IMG/VR virus record: IMGVR_UViG_3300027816_000069
Coordinates: 32,001 to 96,000 of that record
Strand: one strand, 5' to 3'
Length of the DNA: 64,000 nt
Source of the DNA: a virus
The translations under genes and the position numbers were made by a program. Under the pieces are notes generated by a model. It saw only the letters and a list, made by a program, of their open reading frames with translations, was not told the origin of the DNA and did no database searches. Position 1 is the first letter of the stretch. Every line of letters begins with the position of its first letter. Shown one piece after another: positions 9,235 through 17,083 of the stretch.

Positions 9235-9827
9235 CACAAACTTTCGTGGGTCCATGCGGCGGGACTAGATTGGGATAACCTATTTCGATAAACTTTCTCT
9301 GAAAGACTGGGGGAGTTGCCAACGGGGTTATACGTTGGATAGAAGTACCAATCTATGGGGGATGGCGTCCTCACCACGACCAATACTTTATGGGTGACGG
9401 TTTTCCGTATGACGAGGCAAAGCACAGCGGAGCGAAGGGGAGTTACCGGTGACGAACCTTCCACGCGGCCTCCCAAACTGCGAAAGCAGGAGTAGAAATA
9501 GGTGACACCCATAAACAATATTATGGTTCCTAGATAATAGGTTAGGATTAAAAACGTTCGCCCTTCCCATCCTTTGTGATAGGCTAAAAACGTTGCCATA
9601 TACAATACAACCAGTAACCGTTTCTAAGAGCCAGACCAAATAGGGTTATATGCGCAATACCACCTTATTTGCAGGGAGGATTTCCGTGGACGGTTTTCAT
9701 AGAATCGGGGCGTAAAAGATTCGCTGGTTACAAATCTGCTGATAGTTTCCCTTAGATAAGGTAAAACCTTGAGGTTGAACGGATCAGTACCGAGAGGCTG
9801 TTCGTAAAACTATCGGCGGTCGGTACT
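9235..9827 (+). ncRNA. large structured ncRNA (~590 nt), family unassigned
   Basis: promoters at 9130 and 9202, no credible ORF, many long-range helices, GNRA hairpin, 3' pseudoknot. Confidence 0.75.
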
Positions 9828-9860
9828 TGACTTGATGATAAAGAATGGTAGAATAGTTTT

Positions 9861-10061
9861 ATGAAAATCATACCAAAACAAAACGCACGAAAGTGGACAA
9901 AAGAACGGCTGAAACGTCATCCGGGTCTTTGGAAGGTTGAGCAGGATGCTAAGAGTGTTCCTTGCTGGCCGGGCGAAGATGCTATTTTGATGAAAAATTT
10001 GACTGATGGTTGGAGTGGCTGGTTTCCGATAAAAGATATTGACATAGCCGGTCAGGAATGA
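9861..10061 (+). CDS. hypothetical protein
   Basis: ORF after promoter at 9827. Confidence 0.6.
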   Translation: MKIIPKQNARKWTKERLKRHPGLWKVEQDAKSVPCWPGEDAILMKNLTDGWSGWFPIKDIDIAGQE

Positions 10062-10277
10062 TAGAATACTGAAATGACACTGCAAGAGTTTCTGGATGAG
10101 TTTCTTGATCCAAAGTTTCAAGAGATGATGAAGATTGTGGAAAAAGTCTTAGAGAAAAAAAATGAGAGTATTTCGTAAAATAATTCTGTTTTTCCCATCT
10201 TTAACCATGTTCTTTTTGGCATACTTTACTTTTATTTGTGATAACGAGGCTACTAAATTTAGTTTTAGGTGGAAATA

Positions 10278-10505
10278 ATGACCGTTAATGAACTTATTGA
10301 GATGTTGAAGAATTATCCGGGCGATATGAGGGTATTGACTCTTGGGTATGAGGGTGGGTATAATGATATTAGATTGGACAATAATGATATTGTATTTGAT
10401 GTCCAACGCGGTGAAGGGGCTTGGTATTATGGGCCTCATGAGTGCGTGGAGTTTACAGATGAGAAAACTGGTACAAAGTGCTTAATTATTGCTAGGACGA
10501 AATGA
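10278..10505 (+). CDS. hypothetical protein
   Basis: MTVNELIEMLKNYPGDMRV..GYEGG, a common phage pattern. Confidence 0.7.
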   Translation: MTVNELIEMLKNYPGDMRVLTLGYEGGYNDIRLDNNDIVFDVQRGEGAWYYGPHECVEFTDEKTGTKCLIIARTK

Positions 10506-10565
10506 ACTGGCATTATGGACAACCTAATGTAATGAGATTGGTCTAAATCCTTATAAGAAATAACA

Positions 10566-10748
10566 ATGAAAACTGAAACTCTTGAACTGACTAAGACTGA
10601 ACTTGATTATCTTCTGAGTGTTGTTCATGAACATATTGACTCTGGTGTTTCATGGGGTAATTGGGGGGGTAGTCATGCTCAGTTTGTAAAGATGCAAAAT
10701 AGAGTTTTGGAAAAGATTGAGGAAGCCAAAACTGGTAGTGTGTCCTAA
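10566..10748 (+). CDS. hypothetical protein
   Basis: ORF in tiled run. Confidence 0.55.
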   Translation: MKTETLELTKTELDYLLSVVHEHIDSGVSWGNWGGSHAQFVKMQNRVLEKIEEAKTGSVS

Positions 10749-10793
10749 AAATGGTTCTATTATGCCAGAGTATTATCTGCAAAAGGAATAGGT

Positions 10794-11033
10794 ATGGAAT
10801 GGATTAGTTTTTTTGATCGTCAACCAGAAGACGGGCAAAAGATTTGGTATTATGGAAAATATATTGGTGTGTGGGTTGGTATATACCATTATTCTCCAAA
10901 TGATCCTGTAAGTCCTCATATTATTTTATGCGACGAGGCTCCCGGCGTTGTGGATCGTATGGATGCCCCGTATTGGCAACCTTACAGACCAGCAAAACCA
11001 GAGAAAGATTACCCAAAGGATTATCCATCATGA
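10794..11033 (+). CDS. DUF551-like hypothetical protein
   Basis: MEWIS..DRQPE..YWQPY. Confidence 0.6.
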   Translation: MEWISFFDRQPEDGQKIWYYGKYIGVWVGIYHYSPNDPVSPHIILCDEAPGVVDRMDAPYWQPYRPAKPEKDYPKDYPS

Positions 11034-11203
11034 TTGACAATAAAGATAAGGCGTTGATTTATGTGATTAACTTTTTTAACTCTCGTATGAGTGCCATGAA
11101 TAAGAATAATATAGAGAGAACTAAAGAATTAATCTCTACTCATAAAATTAGTGCTAGTGAACTTGTGGATAAGTATGTGAAATTAGTATATGAAAACTCT
11201 TAG
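11030..11203 (+). CDS. hypothetical protein
   Basis: ATGA overlap with upstream gene. Confidence 0.55.
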   Translation: MIDNKDKALIYVINFFNSRMSAMNKNNIERTKELISTHKISASELVDKYVKLVYENS

Positions 11204-11315
11204 TGATATTTGTCCATGTGGCGCTTGTGATGTGCTAGTATGGAAATATGATGATAATGGTTTAATCTGGTTATTTTGCCAGCAATGCCACTGGTGGTAT
11301 ATCGGAAACGATTAA

Positions 11316-11359
11316 CCGCCAAAATGGCAGGCTGGCCGGCCGATCTGCCAAAATGGCAT
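11316..11359. repeat. tandem dyad repeat, copy 5
   Basis: CCGCCAAAATGGCAG-14nt-CTGCCAAAATGGCAT. Confidence 0.9.
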
Positions 11360-11424
11360 TCTTTTTTTCTTAAGAATACTCTTGACAGACGCCGATCATA
11401 GGAGTATACTTAATACACAACCAT

Positions 11425-11507
11425 GCCGCTGTGGTGGAATTGGCATACACATGACACTTAAAATGTCACGCCTTATAGGCTTGCGAGTTCAAGTCTCGCC
11501 AGCGGTA
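11425..11507 (+). tRNA. tRNA-Leu(TAA)
   Basis: cloverleaf; anticodon arm TGACA-ctTAAaa-TGTCA; long variable arm. Confidence 0.92.
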
Positions 11508-11567
11508 TTCTTTTTAGTCCGAATTGTAAACGCTCTATATAGTAGACACCAAAGCGTTTGAAATATT

Positions 11568-11617
11568 TGTTTTTCCCAATCCTTCGGATTTGGCTGGTGT
11601 GGCTGTAGTCAGCGAAA
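11568..11617 (+). repeat. TGT...GTAGTCAGC motif, copy 2
   Basis: ccaatccttcggatttggctggtgtggctgtagtcagcg. Confidence 0.7.
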
Positions 11618-11690
11618 GTTTAAAGGTCTTGACAAGGTTTGGTCGATAAGGTATAATAGAAACAACAAGACGCATAACTAAAGCGAAATA

Positions 11691-11775
11691 CCCCGATGTT
11701 CCACACGACTGACTGTAAATCAGTTGACATATTATGTGTGGCGGCTGTCAAGTGGTTCAACTCCTCCATCGGGGA
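11691..11775 (+). tRNA. atypical D-armless tRNA-Tyr(GTA)-like RNA
   Basis: CCCCGAT/ATCGGGG acceptor, ACTGA-ctGTAaa-TCAGT, TTCAACT loop; own promoter at 11629. Confidence 0.6.
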
Positions 11776-11819
11776 TTAAAGGTCTTGACAAGCACTAGCC
11801 GATAAGATATACTACAAGC

Positions 11820-12233
11820 ATGAAACAGAAACCACTACATGCCGAAGTTCGATTCCATCTTGGTAAAGGTCAGTTTTTTAAGCATTGGCAAATCAAGATT
11901 GTACAAGGAAAAGAGAAGGTTGATGTTTACTATTGTGATCCTGCCTATTATCAATTAGAGATGATTGGGTGCAAATTAATCAATAAGGTTAATCAGGCTA
12001 AAAAGGTTCATGAGGCTGGCGTTAAGGATGTTACGGGGTGGGTTGAGTGTAGGGATGTTAGAATAAATAATGAAGTAGGGGTTGACAATCTTGAGAAATT
12101 ATACTACAATCCGTTGAGAGATCCGCACTGGCGTCGTGAAAGCGACAATAACGAGTTCATTTGGGATAATAGTGAATACGCTACTCTACTAACTAACGGC
12201 AAACAAGTTTATATTTTGGAAGAAAGGGTTTGA
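11820..12233 (+). CDS. hypothetical protein
   Basis: 137-aa ORF, apparently leaderless after promoter at 11785. Confidence 0.7.
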   Translation: MKQKPLHAEVRFHLGKGQFFKHWQIKIVQGKEKVDVYYCDPAYYQLEMIGCKLINKVNQAKKVHEAGVKDVTGWVECRDVRINNEVGVDNLEKLYYNPLRDPHWRRESDNNEFIWDNSEYATLLTNGKQVYILEERV

Positions 12234-12235
12234 AT

Positions 12236-12607
12236 ATGATCAAGTTGGAACTGACGGTTCGTGAGGCTATGAATCTGGCGACGAACTGCCACCTCGATAT
12301 CTATGAGCGGATTGTGGCCGCTTTTGAGGTTGCGTTGGGTGTGAACCAGCACAGGATGGTTACTATCACCGCTGGCATGACTCTTGATAACCGTGTTCCT
12401 TGTATCAAGGCTATCCGACTCCACGCCGGCTGGGGTTTTAAGGAGGCAAAGGAGTGGACGGATTTTCTGGTTGGCGGCTGGAAGTACGACAAGTGGCATC
12501 CTGCTTCTCCCAACGCCAAGCAGAGCATCACCCTCAAGACTCCGGAAGCGGCCGAGAATCTGCTGCGTGATCTGACCACTTTGGGTTGTGAGGGTTTTCT
12601 CTCATGA
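12236..12607 (+). CDS. ribosomal protein L7/L12 C-terminal-domain-like protein
   Basis: RVPCIKAIRLHAGWGFKEAKEW..EAAENLLRDLTTLG resembles KI.VIK.VR..TGLGLKEAK. Confidence 0.6.
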   Translation: MIKLELTVREAMNLATNCHLDIYERIVAAFEVALGVNQHRMVTITAGMTLDNRVPCIKAIRLHAGWGFKEAKEWTDFLVGGWKYDKWHPASPNAKQSITLKTPEAAENLLRDLTTLGCEGFLS

Positions 12608-12619
12608 TCCAAACCCTGT

Positions 12620-12663
12620 CTGCCAAAATGGCAGCGGGGCCGGGCGATCTGCCAAAATGACAG
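12620..12663. repeat. tandem dyad repeat, copy 6
   Basis: CTGCCAAAATGGCAG-14nt-CTGCCAAAATGACAG. Confidence 0.95.
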
Positions 12664-12846
12664 CATAAAAAATTCATGTATGATACTTGACAATGCCGAT
12701 GCTTAGTGTAGAATGATGTTATCACGAGACAAGACGCTGGTTGACTGCAACACAAAAAAGTTCAACCCAGCACTTGACAAGTGACGATAAGTGATGTATG
12801 ATTCGTTTATTGGTGGTTGATAACTCTTTTGGGAAAGGTTTTTACT

Positions 12847-13104
12847 ATGCGTACTTATGATTTTGCGGTTGCTGTTGCGTCGGACACTCTTGATACGGAA
12901 GTGGTTGAGGATACGATTCGTCAGGCTCTTGCCGATGGTCTGCCCGATGGTACTCTTGTGGTGGTCAAGGCCCAGGGTATCAAGGACTATAGCGAGCAGG
13001 GCTGGAAGGTTGCCCGTAATCGCAAGTTCGGTGTGAGTGTCAAGGAAGCCGGTGACGGTCACAAGGCTAAGACTACTAAGGTTGAGGCGGAGACTGTTGG
13101 CTGA
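12847..13104 (+). CDS. hypothetical protein
   Basis: promoter at 12774, AAAGG RBS. Confidence 0.7.
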   Translation: MRTYDFAVAVASDTLDTEVVEDTIRQALADGLPDGTLVVVKAQGIKDYSEQGWKVARNRKFGVSVKEAGDGHKAKTTKVEAETVG

Positions 13105-13170
13105 ACACGGTTCGGGAGTTATAATGTCCGATAGACCGCTGGTGGACGCACTGGCGGCTATCGGTATTTC

Positions 13171-13242
13171 GGCCCCATAGTTAAAAGGATATAACACGGG
13201 ATTTCTAATCCTGTATTAGAGGTTCGATTCCTCTTGGGGCTA
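13171..13242 (+). tRNA. tRNA-Arg(TCT)
   Basis: cloverleaf; CGGGA-ttTCTaa-TCCTG. Confidence 0.9.
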
Positions 13243-13246
13243 TTTA

Positions 13247-13320
13247 GGGAGCGTAGATCAATCGGTTAGATCGCCAGCCTGTCACGCTGGAGGTTGCGGG
13301 TTCGAGTCCCGTCGCTCTCG
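13247..13320 (+). tRNA. tRNA-Asp(GTC)
   Basis: cloverleaf; CCAGC-ctGTCac-GCTGG. Confidence 0.95.
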
Positions 13321-13323
13321 CTT

Positions 13324-13367
13324 CTGCCAAAATGGCAGGCTCCGCGGCCGAACTGCCAAAATGGCAG
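13324..13367. repeat. tandem dyad repeat, copy 7
   Basis: two perfect 15-mers with a 14-nt spacer. Confidence 0.95.
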
Positions 13368-13441
13368 TTAAAATTTTGTGGATTCTTTCTCTTGACAAGC
13401 CGATAACGTAGTGTAGAATCACTAGCACAAGGGAGATAACC

Positions 13442-14146
13442 ATGAAAACTGCTGATGGTAACGACAAGTTGGGTAAGGGTTGCATTGTGGTTTCGCGTCC
13501 TGTTGGCGACACTTGCCCGTCAACGTGCGACTTTCTCAATAATGGCTGCTATGCCGAAGCCACCGAGAATCAGTATAAGAACGCTCGCACCGCGGGCTTT
13601 GCTAATGTTATTACCGAAAAGCATAAGATTCGTGCTATGATTCTTGATGCTATCAAGCGTAATAAAAGCATCCGCTGGCATGAGCGTGGCGATTGGTTTC
13701 TCAACGGCGAACTTGATACCAACTATGTTGAGAATGTAACGTGGGCGTGTGAGAGTGTTCTGGCCGATGGTATTAGTCTGCCTAATATGTGGTTTTATAC
13801 TCATATCTACGATAGTCGGCTTGTTGTACTGGAAAAGTATATGGCCGTCTATGCTAGTATTCATAATGCAGAAGATAGGGCTGCTGCGGTGTCTGCCGGT
13901 TTTAAGTTGTTTGCGTGGTGCGATAGTGATACTAAGATTGCTCCCAAGCGTCCAAAGAGTAAGGCCAAGGCCGATGCGTGGCGTAAGGCTTTGCCTAAAC
14001 TGGTAATTATCGAAGATGTCAAGTATGTTGTTTGCCCCGAGATTCGTCGTGGTCGATCAGTTATTACTTGTACTGGTACTAAGGATAGTATTAGTTGTGA
14101 TATGTGCGTCAAGGGTTTGGCTAACGTACTATTTCCTGCCCACTAA
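13442..14146 (+). CDS. GP88-like (radical-SAM-related) phage protein
   Basis: TCP..C......CYA, IRWH..GD, C-terminal CP...CDMC. Confidence 0.6.
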   Translation: MKTADGNDKLGKGCIVVSRPVGDTCPSTCDFLNNGCYAEATENQYKNARTAGFANVITEKHKIRAMILDAIKRNKSIRWHERGDWFLNGELDTNYVENVTWACESVLADGISLPNMWFYTHIYDSRLVVLEKYMAVYASIHNAEDRAAAVSAGFKLFAWCDSDTKIAPKRPKSKAKADAWRKALPKLVIIEDVKYVVCPEIRRGRSVITCTGTKDSISCDMCVKGLANVLFPAH

Positions 14147-14158
14147 AAGGATATAACA

Positions 14159-14401
14159 ATGGCTAAGTATTATGTTAATAGTGGTACGCTTCAAGTGATT
14201 ATGGACCATAGTGATCCTCTTGAGGCTGGAGTGGCCGGATTCCTAATGACTAACAAGATGGATACAATAGATGAGTATTTTTATATTGATGAGCGTGGTT
14301 TTCGTGATTATGTCAGTGCTGATAATGGTACTAACGTAATTCCTACTTCTAGCATTATTCGTGCCGCCGAATCCGAATTGACGGATGACACTCTGCCATA
14401 A
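14159..14401 (+). CDS. hypothetical protein
   Basis: AAGGA RBS; stop lies within dyad copy 8. Confidence 0.7.
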   Translation: MAKYYVNSGTLQVIMDHSDPLEAGVAGFLMTNKMDTIDEYFYIDERGFRDYVSADNGTNVIPTSSIIRAAESELTDDTLP

Positions 14402-14436
14402 TGGCAGGGCGGCCGGGCGATCTGCCAAAACGGCAG
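14393..14436. repeat. tandem dyad repeat, copy 8
   Basis: CTGCCATAATGGCAG-14nt-CTGCCAAAACGGCAG. Confidence 0.95.
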
Positions 14437-14501
14437 TTAAGTTTCTGGTACGATTGGCCGATAATTCTTTCATGGACAAGGGTTTGACAAGGAGGGTTAA
14501 T

Positions 14502-14864
14502 ATGCTACAATGGATTGGCGTTGCGTTGACTGCTGCTGCTTTGGTGTATACGGGTGTTAAGGATTATCAAAAAGGGGATATAAAAATTCCTCCCCTAAAT
14601 AAAAATTTGACAACTCCTAAGTATCCTGTACAATATTGTTTAATGGCGTATGACCCTAACCTAGATAGGATTTTTTACCTTCACGAAAACGGACAATGGT
14701 ATGATCATCCCCCACAACAACGACGATATGCGGCCACGTCGCAAGTACAACAGTATCAAAATCAAAACCAAGCAGCGGTGGGAACTTCCTACGGGTCACA
14801 GGGAGGAGCGGTATACGGTTATGGACAATCGGCCCAAGCGTCAACGTACCCGCAGCGATATTGA
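14502..14864 (+). CDS. hypothetical membrane-anchored protein
   Basis: AGGAGG RBS, N-terminal TM, Q/Y-rich tail. Confidence 0.65.
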   Translation: MLQWIGVALTAAALVYTGVKDYQKGDIKIPPLNKNLTTPKYPVQYCLMAYDPNLDRIFYLHENGQWYDHPPQQRRYAATSQVQQYQNQNQAAVGTSYGSQGGAVYGYGQSAQASTYPQRY

Positions 14865-14895
14865 CAGGAAGTGGCGTAAGGAGTATGATATATAG
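14728..14895 (+). CDS. small basic protein (overlapping frame)
   Basis: MRPRRKY..DNRPKRQRTRSDIDRKW. Confidence 0.45.
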   Translation: MRPRRKYNSIKIKTKQRWELPTGHREERYTVMDNRPKRQRTRSDIDRKWRKEYDI

Positions 14896-14976
14896 GTTAT
14901 TCTTGGTTTGAGTCATGACAAATCGAGAAGATAGTTTATGAGGGTATTCTATCTTTAAATAAAAACTATCCTCTTT

Positions 14977-15049
14977 GCCGGTATAACTCAGTTAGCAGAG
15001 TGTCAAATTTGTAATTTGAATGTCGTGGGTGCAAATCCTACTACCGGCT
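14977..15049 (+). tRNA. tRNA-Thr(TGT)
   Basis: TCAAA-ttTGTaa-TTTGA. Confidence 0.9.
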
Positions 15050-15082
15050 CTAGGAATTGAAATAAAAAACGGTGAATAATGC

Positions 15083-15155
15083 TGCCCGGTAGCTTAACTG
15101 GTAAAGCTGTTGACTTTGGATCAACTGAGTCTAGGTTCGAATCCTAGCCGGGCAT
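15083..15155 (+). tRNA. tRNA-Gln(TTG)
   Basis: GTTGA-ctTTGga-TCAAC. Confidence 0.92.
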
Positions 15156-15164
15156 ATGATTTAT

Positions 15165-15236
15165 ACACGGGTAGCATAATGGTAATGCCCCAAACTGTTA
15201 ATTTGTCAGATGTAGGTTCGAATCCTACCCCGTGTG
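15165..15236 (+). tRNA. tRNA-Asn(GTT)
   Basis: CAAA-ctGTTaa-TTTG; acceptor ACACGGG/CCCGTGT. Confidence 0.85.
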
Positions 15237-15245
15237 CTTAGTTTG

Positions 15246-15316
15246 ATTGGCGTAGTTCAACGGTAGAACGACGGTCTCCAAAACCGTAGATGGGGGTTCG
15301 ATTCCCTCCGCCTTTG
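15246..15316 (+). tRNA. tRNA-Trp(CCA)
   Basis: ACGGT-ctCCAaa-ACCGT; two acceptor mismatches. Confidence 0.8.
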
Positions 15317-15318
15317 TT

Positions 15319-15405
15319 GGAATCTTGGCCGAGTGGTTTAAGGCAGCGGTTTACTAAGCCGCCGAGGGTTAAAATCCTCCACAGGTTCGAATCCTGTAGA
15401 TTCCG
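15319..15405 (+). tRNA. tRNA-Ser(ACT)
   Basis: GCGGT-ttACTaa-GCCGC, long variable arm, G73. Confidence 0.88.
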
Positions 15406-15407
15406 TT

Positions 15408-15487
15408 GGTGGATTTCCAGAGCGGCAAATGGGCCTGACTGTAGATCAGGTGCTTCGGCTTCGGGGGTTCGAGTCCCTCATCCACCA
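15408..15487 (+). tRNA. tRNA-Tyr(GTA)
   Basis: CCTGA-ctGTAga-TCAGG. Confidence 0.92.
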
Positions 15488-15537
15488 CTAAACTTTTACT
15501 TGACAACGGTCGATAACAAGGTATAATCCCACAACAC

Positions 15538-15613
15538 GGGGCGTAAGGTAAGCCGGTTGCATCCGTCACTCTTATAAGGTGATCTTAGGTACGTTCGACT
15601 CGTACACGCCCTA
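15538..15613 (+). tRNA. tRNA-Ile(TAT)
   Basis: TCACT-ctTATaa-GGTGA; atypical D arm; own promoter at 15500. Confidence 0.75.
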
Positions 15614-15652
15614 CTTATATGTTTCGGAGGCTGACGTTTGAGTTGCGAGTGT

Positions 15653-15725
15653 GGCCCTATCGTCTAACGGTTTAGGACTTCGGATTTTCGTTCCGAATAT
15701 CGGGGTTCGAATCCCCGTAGGGTCA
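15653..15725 (+). tRNA. tRNA-Glu(TTC)
   Basis: TCGGA-ttTTCgt-TCCGA. Confidence 0.9.
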
Positions 15726-15766
15726 CTTGACAAAACAATCTGGCGAGGTACAATAAGGCTAAATAC

Positions 15767-15839
15767 GGGTCATTAGCTCAATTGGCAGAGCAGCATCCTT
15801 TTAAGTTGTAGGTTGTAGGTTCGAGTCCTACATGACCCA
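15767..15839 (+). tRNA. tRNA-Lys(TTT)
   Basis: ctTTTaa loop; acceptor GGGTCAT/ATGACCC. Confidence 0.88.
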
Positions 15840-15887
15840 TTGACAGCGGACGGTGTTTGGTGTATAATGCGATTAAAGGAGAGTTTT

Positions 15888-16046
15888 ATGTTTCATGGCG
15901 AGTATGAGAATTATGAAGATATTGTAAAAGACTCAGACGAACTCTTTTCGTATGATGATGACCACAGTTATGAAACTAATCTCTACGATGAAAGAGAATG
16001 GGACAATTACTATCATATTTTGGCCGATGAAATAGTGGAAGAATAA
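15888..16046 (+). CDS. small acidic hypothetical protein
   Basis: AGGAG RBS; stop lies in the first attC-like R'' box. Confidence 0.6.
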   Translation: MFHGEYENYEDIVKDSDELFSYDDDHSYETNLYDEREWDNYYHILADEIVEE

Positions 16047-16134
16047 CACTCAGGACCAGGAGCGGCTCGCAGCCGCAGGAGGACGACATGATTTCAGACG
16101 TTGACGCGAGTCCGCTGCATCGTCTTGGTTCGCA
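16041..16134 (+). repeat. attC-like site 1 (degenerate or chimeric)
   Basis: GAATAAC...GCGGCTCGC / GCGAGTCCGCTGCATCG..GGTTCGC. Confidence 0.6.
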
Positions 16135-16459
16135 GAAGCAAAGGGGTAGCGAAATGCCGGTGTCTTGGAAGTTGGTAGAGAACTGCTCTGGTAAGGTTTT
16201 GCGGCGGTCAAAGAACCGCGTATTTGTTGCGGGCTGGCGTCGCGTCATTGGGGCAACGGTTGTGCCGGCGTGCATTCTCCCGTCAGTGGGCCAGCACGTG
16301 CGGTTCGGTTCTTTCGATTGGGAGGTAGTGCGTGTTGAGCAAGTTGAGTGCGACTACGACCCTTCTTATCTGTACCGCGTCGATCTTGTGATCCGCGACG
16401 AGAGCGGAAAGCCAGTAAACTTCGCGAGCGGAATATCAAACCTCTGCCTTGACGGCTGA
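16088..16459 (+). CDS. cassette protein 1, hypothetical
   Basis: AGGAGG RBS and ATG inside attC1; stop in attC2. Confidence 0.65.
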   Translation: MISDVDASPLHRLGSQKQRGSEMPVSWKLVENCSGKVLRRSKNRVFVAGWRRVIGATVVPACILPSVGQHVRFGSFDWEVVRVEQVECDYDPSYLYRVDLVIRDESGKPVNFASGISNLCLDG

Positions 16460-16505
16460 GAACGCCAGCGATCAGCGGCTCGTCCGCTGCGTCGCGTGGT
16501 TATGG
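16457..16505 (+). repeat. attC-like site 2
   Basis: TGAGAAC gcca GCGATCAGCGG ctcgt CCGCTG c GTCGC gtg GTTATGG. Confidence 0.85.
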
Positions 16506-16515
16506 AGACACACAC

Positions 16516-16683
16516 ATGACAATCACTCAAATAATCGGCGTTGCACTGACCTCATCCCCATTTGCGGGCGTTGCGGTGTTGTGCCACATGCACGGCGGCT
16601 GGCCCGCCGTTGCTGTAGTGTTTGGGGCGACCGGAGCCGTTGTTGCTGTTATCGCACTTGGGTGCCGACTTCTGGTTACATAA
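16516..16683 (+). CDS. cassette protein 2, 55-aa membrane protein
   Basis: GGAG RBS; MTITQIIGVALTSS..VVAVIALGCRLLVT; stop in attC3; below the ORF-track cutoff. Confidence 0.7.
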   Translation: MTITQIIGVALTSSPFAGVAVLCHMHGGWPAVAVVFGATGAVVAVIALGCRLLVT

Positions 16684-16766
16684 CGGCTGCGATCAGCGGC
16701 ATCGAACACAGGAGCGACCATGACGAAAGAGGTAGATGAGATGTCCGCTGCATCGCGTGGTTCTGC
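16678..16766 (+). repeat. attC-like site 3
   Basis: ACATAAC ggct GCGATCAGCGGCATC...GATGTCCGCTGCATCGC gtg GTTCTGC. Confidence 0.85.
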
Positions 16767-17019
16767 GGTGATGGCCTACGCCGTGATTGACGACGAGGGC
16801 GTGCAGCACTCGCTGTGGTTTCTGGAAAAGGACGCGACGAGCGAGGCCGCGATGGTCGGTGGGACTGTGGTGCGGCTTGGCCACCCCACGCTCACCGACG
16901 AGGAGCGGGAGGCGTTGGAGTACGGCATTAGGCAAGCCGACGAATACGACAGAGTAGGGCTTGAAGACGCAAAGCGCGCCGCAATTGTGTTTCGCGGCCT
17001 GCTGGAACGACTAGGCTGA
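16720..17019 (+). CDS. cassette protein 3 (LTDEERE family)
   Basis: start inside attC3 loop; stop in attC4. Confidence 0.75.
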   Translation: MTKEVDEMSAASRGSAVMAYAVIDDEGVQHSLWFLEKDATSEAAMVGGTVVRLGHPTLTDEEREALEYGIRQADEYDRVGLEDAKRAAIVFRGLLERLG

Positions 17020-17066
17020 GAACGCTTGCGATCTGCGGCGCAGTCCGCAGCATCGCGTGGTTCTCA
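17017..17066 (+). repeat. attC-like site 4
   Basis: TGAGAAC..GCGATCTGCGG cgcagt CCGCAG c ATCGC..GTTCTCA; compensatory change versus sites 2 and 3. Confidence 0.88.
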
Positions 17067-17083
17067 CAGGCATGGAGACAGAC

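Noticed and set aside
9165-9639. Minus-strand ORFs 9165-9605 and 9388-9639
   Set aside because: No RBS or promoter, antisense to strong plus-strand promoters, and they overlap the structured RNA
9235-9827. Group I/II intron or RNase P identity
   Set aside because: No interrupted gene and no recognisable GTGCG/domain V or GAGGAAAGTCC signatures
15290-15569. ORFs 15290-15526 and 15369-15569
   Set aside because: They overlap tRNA genes
16449-16739. 96-aa ORF across attC2-attC3
   Set aside because: The 55-aa ORF 16516-16683 has an RBS and fits the cassette boundaries
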